A stretch of DNA of 51,974 bases, taken from assembly GCA_949285875.1 (NCBI GenBank), contig CASDZZ010000005.1, positions 1 to 51,974 of the forward strand. The letters are read 5' to 3'. The notes beneath the pieces were generated by a model. The model was not told the origin of the DNA, did no database searches, and saw nothing but the letters and a program-made list of their open reading frames with translations. Every line of letters starts with the position of its first letter. The stretch's first letter is position 1. The position numbers and the translations under genes were made by a program. This stretch comes from an uncultured bacterium. Lineage in GTDB: Bacteria > Bacillota_I > Bacilli_A > RF39 > UBA660. Below, one piece after another: positions 37,800 to 49,203 of this stretch.

Positions 37800-37822
37800 T
37801 CTAGAAAAGGGAGTGAATTTAA

Positions 37823-38773
37823 GTGATAAAATTCGAAAAACCACAATTTAAAGTTGCTGAATACGTAGAAAGTAGAAACTATGGAAAATTTGAAATTGAA
37901 CCTTTAGAAAGAGGTTTTGGTACAACTATTGGTAATGCTTTACGTAGGGTAATGTTATCTTCATTGCCTGGGGATGCTATAACAAGTGTTCATATTGACG
38001 GAGTTCTTCATGAATTTCAAACAATTGATGGGGTTATTGAAGATGTAACTCAAATTATTTTAAACTTAAAAAATGTAATTGTAAAAAAACATGTAGAAGG
38101 AACTAAAGTCATAAAATTAAATGTTGAAAGAGAAGGATTAGTTACTGCTGCTGATATAGAAAAAGATGCAGATATTGAGATAATTAATCCTGATCAAGAA
38201 ATTGCTACTTTGGTTAAAGGTGGAAAGCTAAACATGGAAATGACTATTGGTAGTGGTCGCGGATATGTAAGAGCTGAAGCTAATAAAAAAATGATGGGAG
38301 ATACAAAATTAAATACAATTACTATGGATTCTAATTTTTCTCCTATTGAAAGAGTTAATTATGAAGTTGAAGGTGCACGTGTAGGGCAAGATGATACTTA
38401 TGATAAATTAACAATGGAAATTTGGACAAGTGGAGCTATGAAACCAGAAGAAGCAATAGCATTGGCTTCTAGAATTATAATTGAACATTTTGACATTTTA
38501 ACTAAAATTGATGAAATAGCAGATGAAACAGGTTTAATGAAACAAAATGTAGATGATTCAAAAACAAAGGCTCTTGAAATGTCAATTGATGAGTTAGAAT
38601 TTTCAGTTAGAGCTTATAACTGTTTAAAAAGAGCTAATATAAATACTTTACAAGATTTAACTCAAAAATCTGAAAATGAAATGATGAAAATCAGAAATTT
38701 AGGTAAAAAATCTTTAAAAGAAGTTATTGATAAAGTAAAAGAAATGGGATTCTCATTTAGAAATGAAGATTAA
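37823..38773 (+). CDS. rpoA: RNA polymerase alpha subunit (GTG start)
   Basis: [39 protein letters not shown]. Confidence 0.99.
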   Translation: MIKFEKPQFKVAEYVESRNYGKFEIEPLERGFGTTIGNALRRVMLSSLPGDAITSVHIDGVLHEFQTIDGVIEDVTQIILNLKNVIVKKHVEGTKVIKLNVEREGLVTAADIEKDADIEIINPDQEIATLVKGGKLNMEMTIGSGRGYVRAEANKKMMGDTKLNTITMDSNFSPIERVNYEVEGARVGQDDTYDKLTMEIWTSGAMKPEEAIALASRIIIEHFDILTKIDEIADETGLMKQNVDDSKTKALEMSIDELEFSVRAYNCLKRANINTLQDLTQKSENEMMKIRNLGKKSLKEVIDKVKEMGFSFRNED

Positions 38774-38793
38774 CACAGATAAGGAGGAATATA

Positions 38794-39138
38794 ATGGCTT
38801 ATAGAAAATTAGGACGTACTAATAAGCATAGAAAATCTATGCTTGCTAATTTAACAAAAGACCTAATTAAAAATGAACGTATTGAAACTACTGAAACTCG
38901 TGCCAAAGAAGTTCGTAAATGTTTTGATAAAATGGTAACTTATGGTAAAAATGGTAGTTTAATGGCTAGACGTAACGCCCTTGCTTTTTTACAAAATGAT
39001 AAAGAAGTTGTAAGAAAAGTATTTGATGATTTAGCAAAACGTTATGAATCAAGAAACGGCGGCTACACAAGAATTTTAAAATTGTCTGAAAGAAGGGGCG
39101 ACGATGCCCTTATGGTAATACTAGAATTAGTAGATTAG
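38794..39138 (+). CDS. rplQ: 50S ribosomal protein bL17
   Basis: [24 protein letters not shown]. Confidence 0.99.
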   Translation: MAYRKLGRTNKHRKSMLANLTKDLIKNERIETTETRAKEVRKCFDKMVTYGKNGSLMARRNALAFLQNDKEVVRKVFDDLAKRYESRNGGYTRILKLSERRGDDALMVILELVD

Positions 39139-39164
39139 AAAAAAAGCTTTATAGCTTTTTTTTT
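39139..39164 (+). terminator. Terminator of the ribosomal protein cluster
   Basis: AAAAAAAGCT-TTAT-AGCTTTTTTTT. Confidence 0.8.
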
Positions 39165-39232
39165 GCATAAAAATTAGTTTTATTACTAGAATTTTTATAT
39201 ATTATGTGATATTCTTATAATGGTGATAGTAC

Positions 39233-39979
39233 ATGAAAGTATTAATAACGGGAGCATCTAGTGGTATAGGTAAAGATTTGGCCTTAGAATTTAGTAATTA
39301 TGGCTATGATTTAGTTTTGGTAGCTAGAAATGAAAAAGCATTAAAAAAAGTGGCTAATTTATGCAAAACAAAGGTAGAAGTTTGCGTAATGGATTTATCT
39401 AATCCAGAAAATTGTAACAGGTTATATAAAAAATATAAAAATATAGATATTTTAATTAATAATGCAGGATTTGGTCTCTTTGGAGAATTTAATAAAACTA
39501 ATTTAGACAAAGAAATGAATATGATTGATTTAAATATTAAAGGATTACATACTTTATTTAAACTTTATTTAAATGATATGGTGAAGAGAAATTCGGGTAC
39601 GATTTTAAATGTTGCTTCAACAGCAGCTTTTTTACCAGGACCTCTTATGAGTACCTATTATTCAACAAAATCTTATGTTTATAATCTTACGATGGCTATA
39701 TATGAGGAATTAAGGCATGCAAAATCAAAGGTTAATGTTTCTGTTTTATGCCCTGGACCAGTTGATACTAATTTTAATAAGGTAGCGAATGTTAAATTTG
39801 TGGCGAGAGGATTAACAAGTGAATTTGTAGCAAAATACACTGTTAAAAAATTATTAAAAGGAAAGCTGGTTATAATTCCAGGATTATTAAACAAACTAGG
39901 AGTTATTGGATGCAAGCTGGCTCCAGTAAGATTATTAATGAAAATAGATTATCATTTTCAAAAAAGAAAGGATGTTTAA
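39233..39979 (+). CDS. Classical SDR oxidoreductase, likely NADP-dependent
   Basis: TGASSGIG, VAR, NNAG, YYSTK, PGPVDT. Confidence 0.93.
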   Translation: MKVLITGASSGIGKDLALEFSNYGYDLVLVARNEKALKKVANLCKTKVEVCVMDLSNPENCNRLYKKYKNIDILINNAGFGLFGEFNKTNLDKEMNMIDLNIKGLHTLFKLYLNDMVKRNSGTILNVASTAAFLPGPLMSTYYSTKSYVYNLTMAIYEELRHAKSKVNVSVLCPGPVDTNFNKVANVKFVARGLTSEFVAKYTVKKLLKGKLVIIPGLLNKLGVIGCKLAPVRLLMKIDYHFQKRKDV

Positions 39980-39980
39980 A

Positions 39981-40448
39981 ATGAAAAAAGAAAAAGGTTT
40001 TACTTTAGTAGAATTACTTGCAGTAATAACTTTACTTGCGGTAATAATGGTAATTGCAGGTGCTTCTGTTACAAAAATTAGAAAGGATTCTAGCAAAAAA
40101 GAAGCAATACAGTTAGAAAATATGTTAACAGAAGTTGGATCTAATGTGTATAGTTATGAAACTATAAGTGGTACAAATGAAGCTGGGTCTTTTAATGCTC
40201 TTTATCAGATAGGGAATCCTTTTATAATTAAATTAGACCAGTTAAAAGGTGCGGGTTATTTAAAAGATTTGACTTCTGATAATAAAATACCTAATCCTTT
40301 TGGCGGAGTGGGCTGCGATGGATATATATTAGTAGATCCAAGTAGTGATACTATTTTTAAAGGTTATCTAAATTGTGGGGAAGATTACACGACTAGTGAT
40401 TTTGGAGTTTATCAATCTGCAACTTCAGCTACTTTATCAAATTCATAA
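39981..40448 (+). CDS. Type IV prepilin-like protein (class III signal peptide)
   Basis: MKKEKG|FTLVELLAVITLLAVIMVIA; L...GYL motif; C-x19-C pair. Confidence 0.92.
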   Translation: MKKEKGFTLVELLAVITLLAVIMVIAGASVTKIRKDSSKKEAIQLENMLTEVGSNVYSYETISGTNEAGSFNALYQIGNPFIIKLDQLKGAGYLKDLTSDNKIPNPFGGVGCDGYILVDPSSDTIFKGYLNCGEDYTTSDFGVYQSATSATLSNS

Positions 40449-40464
40449 GCTTAAATTGAGATTT

Positions 40465-40492
40465 AAAAAGCTACAAAAGTAGCTTTTTTTTT
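40465..40492 (+). terminator. Intrinsic terminator after the pilin gene
   Basis: AAAAAGCTAC-AAAA-GTAGCTTTTT plus poly-T. Confidence 0.85.
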
Positions 40493-40539
40493 GAATTTAT
40501 TATATAATATTCTCTTAACTTTTAAGGAGGTGAAAAATC

Positions 40540-41346
40540 TTGAATATACTTGAAATAAATGATTTAATGTTTAGATATAAAGATAAGTTTATTTATGATA
40601 AATTTTCACTTTCTATCGAAAAGGGAAGCTGGGTTACTATAGCTGGACCTAACGGTGCAGGTAAAACTACGTTAGTAAAAATTTTAGCTGGTTTGGTAAA
40701 AAACTATTCTGATATAAAATTTTTTGGAAAGAGTTACAATAAGAAAAGTTTTTTTGAAATAAGAAAAGAAATTGGTTTTGTTTTTGATAATCCTGATAAC
40801 TTTTTTGCGTGTGAGACAGTTGAGGACGAACTTGCTTTTTCTTTAGAAAATATGGCCATTTCTCCTAATGTTATAAGAAAAAAAATAAAAGAAGTTTCAG
40901 ACTTATTAAAGTTAAATGATATGTTAAAACTAAATCCTTCTGACTTAAGTGGGGGTGAAAAACAAAAAATAGCCCTAGGTTGTGCTCTTATGTTAGAACC
41001 AAGAATTTTAGTATTGGATGAAGCTTTAATGATGATAGATATAAACGAAAGGGAAGAGCTACTTAAGTTATTAAAAGTTTATAATAAGGAAAAAAGGGTT
41101 ACAATTTTATCTTTTACCCACAATTTAGATGAAGCTATATATTCTGATAGACTTATCATTTTAAATGAAGGAAAAATAATTGTAGATGGAGCTTTTCCAG
41201 ATGTTTTTTCAGAAGAACTTGTAATGAGAAAGATAGGGCTTGAGGTACCATTTTCAATTGAATTAAGTCAAAAGTTAAAGTTATATAATTTAATAGAGAA
41301 CATTGACTTAAGCCTTGAAAGGTTGGTGACCAAATTATGGAAGTAA
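40540..41346 (+). CDS. ecfA1: ECF transporter ATPase EcfA1 (TTG start)
   Basis: GPNGAGKTT, NPDNFF, LSGGEKQ, LDEA; SD AAGGAGGTG. Confidence 0.9.
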   Translation: MNILEINDLMFRYKDKFIYDKFSLSIEKGSWVTIAGPNGAGKTTLVKILAGLVKNYSDIKFFGKSYNKKSFFEIRKEIGFVFDNPDNFFACETVEDELAFSLENMAISPNVIRKKIKEVSDLLKLNDMLKLNPSDLSGGEKQKIALGCALMLEPRILVLDEALMMIDINEREELLKLLKVYNKEKRVTILSFTHNLDEAIYSDRLIILNEGKIIVDGAFPDVFSEELVMRKIGLEVPFSIELSQKLKLYNLIENIDLSLERLVTKLWK

Positions 41347-42188
41347 TTTTTAAAAATGTTAGTTTCTTGTATAATAGGGGAATGCCAAATGAAAAAAGAG
41401 CCTTAGATAATATTAATATGATTTTAAATAGAAATTTAATTCATGGTATAATAGGTCCAATAGGCAGCGGAAAGTCTACTATGTTAGAACTTATGAATGG
41501 TATAACTAAACCATCTGAAGGTGAGATAATAATAGGAAAATATAATCTTACAAATAAAAAAGAAAGGTTTAATTTTAATAAATTTAGATATGATGTTGGT
41601 CTGGTTTATCAATTTCCTGAGAAACAATTTTTCTGCTCTACGGTAGGAGAAGAAATTGCTTTTGCTGAAAAAATTTTTGAACCTAAAAATAGGAATCTTA
41701 AAACAAAAGTTATAAAAGTTTTAAAAATGGTAGGTTTGGATGAAAGCTATCTTTTAAGGAGTCCTTTTAACTTAAATGGAGGTGAAAAAAGAAGGGTTGC
41801 TATTGCTTCCGTTTTAATTTCTAATCCAAAACTTTTAATAATGGATGAACCTACTATAGGTCTTGATAATAATAGTAAAAAAAGGCTTATGAAATTATTA
41901 ATTAATCTTAAAAACAAATTTGGAAAAACGATTATTATCGTAACACATGATGTTGATATGCTATATGAAATTGTTGATAATATTATTGTTTTAAATGATG
42001 GTAGAATAATTAAAGAAGGAAATAAAATTGAAGTTTTTAGTGATGTAGAGTTATTGGACAAGAATAATACCCCTGTTCCTAGCATAATAAGATTTGAGAA
42101 ACTGGTTTTCAATAAAACTGGAATAGACTTAGGATATTGTGCTGGTATAAATGACCTAGTAAGGGCGGTGGTAAAGAATGTCAAGTAA
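41337..42188 (+). CDS. ecfA2: ECF transporter ATPase EcfA2
   Basis: GPIGSGKST, QFPEKQFF, RSPFNLNGGEKRRVAIA, DEPT. Confidence 0.9.
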   Translation: MEVIFKNVSFLYNRGMPNEKRALDNINMILNRNLIHGIIGPIGSGKSTMLELMNGITKPSEGEIIIGKYNLTNKKERFNFNKFRYDVGLVYQFPEKQFFCSTVGEEIAFAEKIFEPKNRNLKTKVIKVLKMVGLDESYLLRSPFNLNGGEKRRVAIASVLISNPKLLIMDEPTIGLDNNSKKRLMKLLINLKNKFGKTIIIVTHDVDMLYEIVDNIIVLNDGRIIKEGNKIEVFSDVELLDKNNTPVPSIIRFEKLVFNKTGIDLGYCAGINDLVRAVVKNVK

Positions 42189-42918
42189 GTATCCTTTCTT
42201 TAAATTTATTTCTGGTTCTTCTAAAATTCATATTATGAATTCTAAAATGAAAATTATTTGGTTTTTACTTTGTATATTGATTTCTTTATTATTAAGAGAT
42301 TTTATTACTTTATCAATATTTTTATTATATTTATTATTTATTATGAAAGAAAGTGACATACCTTTAAATGCTTATATATCAAATTTATTTATCCTTTGGC
42401 CACTTTTTACATCGATTTTTATGATTGCATTGTTTTTAACTTTTGATTTTACTAATGCTTTTTATCTTGTTTTGAAAATTATTTTTATAATTTTAATATT
42501 TTTGATATTAACTTTTACTACTTCACTTAGTGAGATTGCTTGGGGATTTGATTGCACATTTACTAAGTTAAAAAAAATAGGTATACCGGTTTCTAAATGG
42601 TCTCTTAAAGTAGCAATGGGAATAAAGTTTATTTCTACGTTATTTGAGCAATTTAAAGCCGTTAGAAAGTCGATGGCTTATAGAGGGGTTTCCTATAAGA
42701 AAAATGGTTTTAAGGCTGCTAAAAACATGTTTATACCGGTAATTAAATTATCATATAAGCTATCAACCAGGATGATATCAGCAATGAAAATGAGGTTTTA
42801 TGGTAACTCCAGGGAAAGAACTAATTATCATGAAAATAAAGTAACAAAATTTGATAAATATATTGTATTAGCTTCTGTTGTAATTATTTATATATCTTTA
42901 TATTTGGGGTGGTTTTAA
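42178..42918 (+). CDS. ecfT: ECF transmembrane component EcfT (divergent)
   Basis: SKIH..SKMK, LTFTTS, YRG and MKMRFY motifs; between ecfA2 and truA. Confidence 0.85.
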   Translation: MSSKYPFFKFISGSSKIHIMNSKMKIIWFLLCILISLLLRDFITLSIFLLYLLFIMKESDIPLNAYISNLFILWPLFTSIFMIALFLTFDFTNAFYLVLKIIFIILIFLILTFTTSLSEIAWGFDCTFTKLKKIGIPVSKWSLKVAMGIKFISTLFEQFKAVRKSMAYRGVSYKKNGFKAAKNMFIPVIKLSYKLSTRMISAMKMRFYGNSRERTNYHENKVTKFDKYIVLASVVIIYISLYLGWF

Positions 42919-43646
42919 TGCGTTATATGATTGATTTTTCTTATTCAGGACAATTATTTAATGGATACCAAAAACAGCCAGGCTTACGTACTGTTCAAGG
43001 CGAAATAGAAAAAGTTTTAACAGATATTAATAATTCTAGTGTAAAAATTTATTCTGCAGGAAGAACTGATGCTAAAGTTAATGCTCTTCATCAAGTAGCT
43101 CATTTTGATTTAGATAAAAATATACAAACTTTCAAAATTAAAATGGCTCTTAATAGTTATTTGCCGGATGATATACATATAAATTTTGTTAAGGAAGTTT
43201 TTGAAAACTTTCATGCAAGATATATGGCGAAATCAAAAATTTACGAATATAAGATAAATTTAGGAGAATTTAATCCTTTACTTCGCACCCAAGTGTATCA
43301 ATACGGAAAAACTTTAAATATAAGCAAAATAAAGGAATCTCTAAAATATTTTGAGGGAGAACATGATTTTACTACTTTTACATGTGCTGAAGATAAACGA
43401 AGTGATAAAATTAGAACAATTTTATCTGCTTCAGCTGAACAAAAAGGTGATACTATAATAATTACGTTTTTAGGTACAGGTTTTTTAAAATATCAAGTAA
43501 GAAACATGGTAGGGCTTTTAATCAAAATTGGAGAAGAAAAAATTGAACCTAAGGAAATACCCATTCTTTTTCAAAAAAAGGATAGAAAAGCAATTGGTCT
43601 TACCGCACCTGCTGAAGGATTAACTTTAGTTAAAATTAATTATTAA
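42918..43646 (+). CDS. truA: tRNA pseudouridine(38-40) synthase
   Basis: RTVQGE, AGRTDAKVNA, FHARY, GFLKYQVR, TAPAEGL. Confidence 0.97.
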   Translation: MRYMIDFSYSGQLFNGYQKQPGLRTVQGEIEKVLTDINNSSVKIYSAGRTDAKVNALHQVAHFDLDKNIQTFKIKMALNSYLPDDIHINFVKEVFENFHARYMAKSKIYEYKINLGEFNPLLRTQVYQYGKTLNISKIKESLKYFEGEHDFTTFTCAEDKRSDKIRTILSASAEQKGDTIIITFLGTGFLKYQVRNMVGLLIKIGEEKIEPKEIPILFQKKDRKAIGLTAPAEGLTLVKINY

Positions 43647-43672
43647 AAAAACAGTTCGAAAACTGTTTTTTT
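43645..43672. terminator. Bidirectional terminator between truA and the DUF378 gene
   Basis: AAAAAAACAGT-TCGAAA-ACTGTTTTTTT. Confidence 0.85.
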
Positions 43673-43877
43673 ATTTTACATCTTCAATTAATTCAAATAA
43701 TGTTTTAATTCCTATTAGGCCACATAATCCTACTAATATGTATATTATTTTTGAGCCTAAAGCTGTTGCGCCACCGAAAATTGCAGCAACAAGATCAAAG
43801 TCAAATAAACCAATAAGACCCCAATTTAAAGCTCCAATTATCATGACAGTTAAAGCTATAATTTGTAATATCTTCAT
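43671..43877 (-). CDS. DUF378 (YuzA-like) small membrane protein
   Basis: IIGALNWGLIGLFDFDLVAAIFG...IIYILVGLCGL. Confidence 0.92.
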   Translation of the reverse strand: MKILQIIALTVMIIGALNWGLIGLFDFDLVAAIFGGATALGSKIIYILVGLCGLIGIKTLFELIEDVK

Positions 43878-43929
43878 AAAATCCTCCTTTTATACTAATA
43901 TGATAGTCAAAAAAAATTTTTTTATACAA

Positions 43930-43957
43930 GAATATTATAAAAAATAAACCATATAAT
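43930..43957 (+). promoter_or_regulatory. sigmaE-like promoter of the ydcC-like gene
   Basis: GAATATT-13 nt-CATAtaaT; ydcC is sigmaE-dependent in B. subtilis. Confidence 0.45.
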
Positions 43958-43984
43958 TAAATGAAAAAATAAAGAGGTGAATGA

Positions 43985-44989
43985 ATGAAAAAAATATTTA
44001 AAATATTATTAATTTTATTATGTGCATCTTTTTTGAGTGCATGTGGAAAAGATGATCAAAAATCAGTTTTAAATAAAATTAATAAAAAAGTAGATAAAGT
44101 GCAAGGCTATCAGCTTAAAGGAGAGATGGAATTAATAAATAATGAAGATTCTTATAAATATGATGTTACGGTTTCTTATAAAAAAGAAAATAAATTTAGG
44201 GTTTCATTAAGAAATAAGGTGAATAATCATGAGCAAATAATTTTAAAAAATGATGATGGGGTTTATGTACTTACTCCTACTTTGAACAAAAGTTTTAAAT
44301 TTCAAAGTAAGTGGCCTTATAATAATTCGCAAGCTTATTTACTTCAATCAGTTATAAAAGATATGTTAGATGATAAAAACTTATCTATGAAAAAAGATAA
44401 TAATAAATATATATTTACTAGTGATGTAAATTATAAAAATAATGTTAACTTAGAAAAACAAGAAATTATCTTTGATAAGGATTTAATTATTAAAAGTGTA
44501 GTAGTTTATGATAAAGATAATAATCCGCAAATTAAGGTCAAATTTAATGAAGTTGATATGAACGCAAAGTTTAAAGATGATTATTTTCTGTTAGAGAAAA
44601 ATATGGATGTGTCTAAAACGAATCAAACTATTAGTCAAAATGAGGAATTATTACAAGAAGCAATATATCCTATGTATCTTCCTGAGGGAACATATTTAGA
44701 AAGTGAAAAGGTGGTAGATCTTGATGAGGGATCTAGAATAATATTAACTTTTTCAGGTACCGATCCTTTTATGCTTGTTGAGCAAACAGCCGTAAAGGAA
44801 GATGATATGGCTGTAATTCCTACGAGTGGAGATTTAGATATGATTGCAGACTCAGTCGCTATTATAGGAGAATCTTCAATTAGTTGGGTAAGTCAAAATG
44901 TGGAATATTATTTAGTTTCTAGTGATTTAACTAAAGAAGAATTAGTAAATGTTGCAAAATCTATATCTGTATTACCAGTTAATAAATAA
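43985..44989 (+). CDS. ydcC: YdcC-like (LolA-fold) sporulation lipoprotein
   Basis: Lipobox LSA|C; QIILKNDDGVYVLTPTLNKSFKFQSKWPYNNSQAYL; YP.YLPEG; LTKEELVNVAKS. Confidence 0.82.
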   Translation: MKKIFKILLILLCASFLSACGKDDQKSVLNKINKKVDKVQGYQLKGEMELINNEDSYKYDVTVSYKKENKFRVSLRNKVNNHEQIILKNDDGVYVLTPTLNKSFKFQSKWPYNNSQAYLLQSVIKDMLDDKNLSMKKDNNKYIFTSDVNYKNNVNLEKQEIIFDKDLIIKSVVVYDKDNNPQIKVKFNEVDMNAKFKDDYFLLEKNMDVSKTNQTISQNEELLQEAIYPMYLPEGTYLESEKVVDLDEGSRIILTFSGTDPFMLVEQTAVKEDDMAVIPTSGDLDMIADSVAIIGESSISWVSQNVEYYLVSSDLTKEELVNVAKSISVLPVNK

Positions 44990-45036
44990 TGTATTAAATT
45001 TTTGATATTTATGATACAATGGTTCTGGTGATATAA

Positions 45037-45513
45037 ATGAAAGATGAATTAAAAAACGGAATAATTATTTCAGTTACAGTTTTATTAATAATTTTGGTTG
45101 TTTATCTAACTACTGCTTTTTTAACGGGGGAGTTAGGTAATTCAAACATTAAAGATGCAAAAAATGAACAGACTAATGAGCCTAATTATCAAGAACAATT
45201 TACTAACAAAATAATAGCAAGCAAAGTTTTTGATCAAAAAGAAGATAAATATATGGTTATTTTCTTTTCACAAAAAGATGTTAGCGAATCTATAAAGAAT
45301 CTTATAATTAATTATGGTGAAACTGATTTAAAATTATATAAGGTAAATACTGATGAAGCTATTAATAGCTTTATAAAAAGTGAAAATTCTAATGCTAATG
45401 CAAGCAGTAGTGAAGAACTTAAAATAAAAGGAACTACACTTATTACTATAGAAAATGGTAAAATTACATCTTTTGAGGAAGATGAATCAAAAATTGCTTC
45501 AGTTTTAAAGTAA
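45037..45513 (+). CDS. Membrane-anchored hypothetical protein, possibly thioredoxin-like without CxxC
   Basis: N-terminal TM; YMVIFF, LYKVN, TLITIENGKI pattern. Confidence 0.6.
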   Translation: MKDELKNGIIISVTVLLIILVVYLTTAFLTGELGNSNIKDAKNEQTNEPNYQEQFTNKIIASKVFDQKEDKYMVIFFSQKDVSESIKNLIINYGETDLKLYKVNTDEAINSFIKSENSNANASSSEELKIKGTTLITIENGKITSFEEDESKIASVLK

Positions 45514-45567
45514 CAATTGTTACTTTTTTTCTTTTTTATGATATACTTTTATTATGCGGAGGCTAAG

Positions 45568-46824
45568 ATGAAACTTAATAAACATTTAAAAGGTAAATAT
45601 AAAGAAGTTGAAAAAAAACTTAACACAAAAAGTGATTTTAAATTATATGAACTGATTTTATTTGGTTTTTTAATAATGATTTTTTCAGTTTTTATAACTG
45701 TTGTGATAACTCATGAAATTTTAACTGGAAAGAGTTTTAACGGAAATATTTCTATTTCTAATAGTGATAAAATGAAGGACTTTGAAGAAGTTTATAATTT
45801 GGTTAATTCATCTTACTATAAAGATGTAAATCAAACAGATCTTATAGATGGTGCTATTAATGGTATGCTATCTTCTTTGAAAGATCCTCATACGAGTTAT
45901 TTTAATAAACAAGAAACAGAAAATTTTAATGAGCTAATGAGTGGTTCTTTTGCAGGAGTTGGATTAGAAATTACTTCTGATGAAGATCAGAATATATTAG
46001 TTGTTTCTGTATTTAAAAATTCACCAGCTGAAGAAGTAGGAATAAAATTTAATGATATAATAATTGAAGTGAACGGAAAGTCTACAAAAGGATTATCCAC
46101 TACTGAAGTTGTAAATTTGATCAAAGATCCAGAAAAAGAAATTGCAACTATAAAAGTAAATAGGAATGGAGAGGTTTATAAGTTTGAAGTTGAAAAAAGA
46201 GAAGTTGTCATAGAGTCAGTTGAATCTAAAACTTTTGAAAAAAATGGTAAAAAGATTGGATATATTATAATAAATAGTTTTGCAAATAACACATATGAAC
46301 AATTTAAAGAACAGTTAGAATTATTAGAAAAGAATAAATTAGAAGGTTTAATAATAGATGTTAGGGGAAATTCTGGCGGTTATTTGCATTCTGTTACGGA
46401 TATAATAGATATGTTCATACCTAAAGATAAGGTTATTTACCAGATTCAAGATAAGAATAAAACAGAAAAGTTCTATTCCAAAACAGAAGAATCTAGAAAC
46501 TATCCTTTAGCGGTTTTGGTTAACAAAGCAAGTGCATCAGCTTCAGAAATTTTAGCTATATCTTTAAAAGAAACCTATGGGGCTGAAGTAATTGGTACAT
46601 ATACATATGGAAAAGGAACCGTCCAGACCACCCACATGTTAAGTAATGGTTCAATGATAAAGTATACAATTCAAAAGTGGTTGTCCCCAAATGGAGAGTG
46701 GATAAATGATAAAGGAGTTGAGCCTACAAAGTTTATTGAAATTTCTGAAGAATATCAGCAGGATAGAAAAGAAAAAAACGACAATCAATTACAAGAAGCA
46801 TTACAAATAATATCTAAAAAATAG
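45568..46824 (+). CDS. S41 C-terminal processing protease (CtpA/CtpB family) with PDZ
   Basis: DPHTSYF, GVG, SPAEEVG, DVRGNSGG, SASASEI, TYGKGTVQ; SD GGAGG. Confidence 0.93.
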   Translation: MKLNKHLKGKYKEVEKKLNTKSDFKLYELILFGFLIMIFSVFITVVITHEILTGKSFNGNISISNSDKMKDFEEVYNLVNSSYYKDVNQTDLIDGAINGMLSSLKDPHTSYFNKQETENFNELMSGSFAGVGLEITSDEDQNILVVSVFKNSPAEEVGIKFNDIIIEVNGKSTKGLSTTEVVNLIKDPEKEIATIKVNRNGEVYKFEVEKREVVIESVESKTFEKNGKKIGYIIINSFANNTYEQFKEQLELLEKNKLEGLIIDVRGNSGGYLHSVTDIIDMFIPKDKVIYQIQDKNKTEKFYSKTEESRNYPLAVLVNKASASASEILAISLKETYGAEVIGTYTYGKGTVQTTHMLSNGSMIKYTIQKWLSPNGEWINDKGVEPTKFIEISEEYQQDRKEKNDNQLQEALQIISKK

Positions 46825-46826
46825 CA

Positions 46827-46858
46827 AAAGTACGTATTAAATATAAACGTACTTTTTT
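46827..46858 (+). terminator. Intrinsic terminator after ctp
   Basis: AAAAGTACGT-loop-ACGTACTTTTTT. Confidence 0.75.
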
Positions 46859-46917
46859 GTTTAAAACTTGTAATTTTGCAAAAATAAGTATAATATATAA
46901 TTTATTAGGAGATTAAT

Positions 46918-47457
46918 ATGAAGAATATGAAAATTGGAGATAATTTTATCATTCACTGTTATAAACATGATGGTTTAATTCATAGAAGCTGGGATGAAGC
47001 TATTTTATTAGATATTCATAAGGACTATTTAGTTTATGCTAATAGTAAAGCAAAAGTTAATAACAGTGATGGAAAAGTTTGGTATACAAAAGAGCCAGCA
47101 ATAATATATTATTATAAGAATAGATGGTTTAATGTCATCGCACAATTGAAAAAGAATGGAATATATTATTATTGTAATATTTCAAGCCCTTCGATATTGG
47201 AAGGAAAAGTAATAAAGTATATAGATTATGATTTAGATTTAAGAATATTTCCTGATGGTACTTATAAAATTTTAGATGAGTCAGAGTATGCTTATCATAA
47301 AGAAAAAATGAATTATTCAGATGATATTGATAAGATTGTAAATTATGAATTAAAAAATCTAATAAAATTATACGAATCAAAAAAAGGTCCGTTTGATATT
47401 CAAGAGATAAAAAAATATTATGAAAAGTATAAAGAAATATTAGAAAATTCAAGATAA
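46918..47457 (+). CDS. DUF402 (YgaC/Ntdp-like) nucleoside tri/diphosphatase
   Basis: YKHDGLIHRSW, WYTKEPAI, WFNVI, YYCNISSP, YIDYDLD, LDESEY. Confidence 0.92.
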   Translation: MKNMKIGDNFIIHCYKHDGLIHRSWDEAILLDIHKDYLVYANSKAKVNNSDGKVWYTKEPAIIYYYKNRWFNVIAQLKKNGIYYYCNISSPSILEGKVIKYIDYDLDLRIFPDGTYKILDESEYAYHKEKMNYSDDIDKIVNYELKNLIKLYESKKGPFDIQEIKKYYEKYKEILENSR

Positions 47458-47530
47458 AAATGCCGAAAATACGTGATAATAACAAAAATAGTTTTTTTTA
47501 AAAAAAAATAAAAAAAATTTTAAAAAAGTG

Positions 47531-47559
47531 TTGACATGGTATTTTTATTATGGTATATT
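47531..47559 (+). promoter_or_regulatory. rRNA operon sigmaA promoter with UP element
   Basis: TTGACA-17 nt-TATATT, TG extension, upstream A/T tracts. Confidence 0.85.
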
Positions 47560-47613
47560 TAATACGCACTTGAGAAAAAGAGGTGCAAAAAACCTTTGAA
47601 AAACAAAGGGAAA

Positions 47614-47639
47614 TGATCTTTGAAAACTGAGCAAAACGT
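47614..47639 (+). promoter_or_regulatory. boxA and 5' arm of the 16S processing stem
   Basis: TGATCTTTGAAAACTGAGCAAAACGT is complementary to ACGTTTTGCTTAGTTTTGAGAGA at 49248-49270. Confidence 0.8.
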
Positions 47640-47670
47640 CAAAACGTTTGAGTAGCTAGGATATAAATTT

Positions 47671-49203
<1,533 letters not shown>

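Noticed and set aside
37799-37823. rpsD absent from the alpha operon
   Set aside because: Normal arrangement in Bacilli
43896-43927. sigmaG promoter for the DUF378 gene (GTATA...CATATTA)
   Set aside because: The elements match but the spacer is 20 nt rather than 17-18; it crosses homopolymers, so it is unresolved and not called
4675-45567. N-terminal extensions in the ORF track for ung, gerQ, pgk, rplD, rplP, rpmC, rplF, pilin, truA and ctp
   Set aside because: Downstream ATGs have proper SD spacing or translational coupling and match the family N-termini
47461-47467. TGCCGAA 0A-box match upstream of the rRNA promoter
   Set aside because: Single degenerate 7-mer about 65 bp from the -35, compatible with chance
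142-47485. Short ORFs antisense to or overlapping housekeeping genes (e.g. 142-399, 7801-8022, 11745-12191, 25847-26233, 41747-42184, 43738-43947)
   Set aside because: Shadow frames of well-conserved genes, with no recognisable motifs
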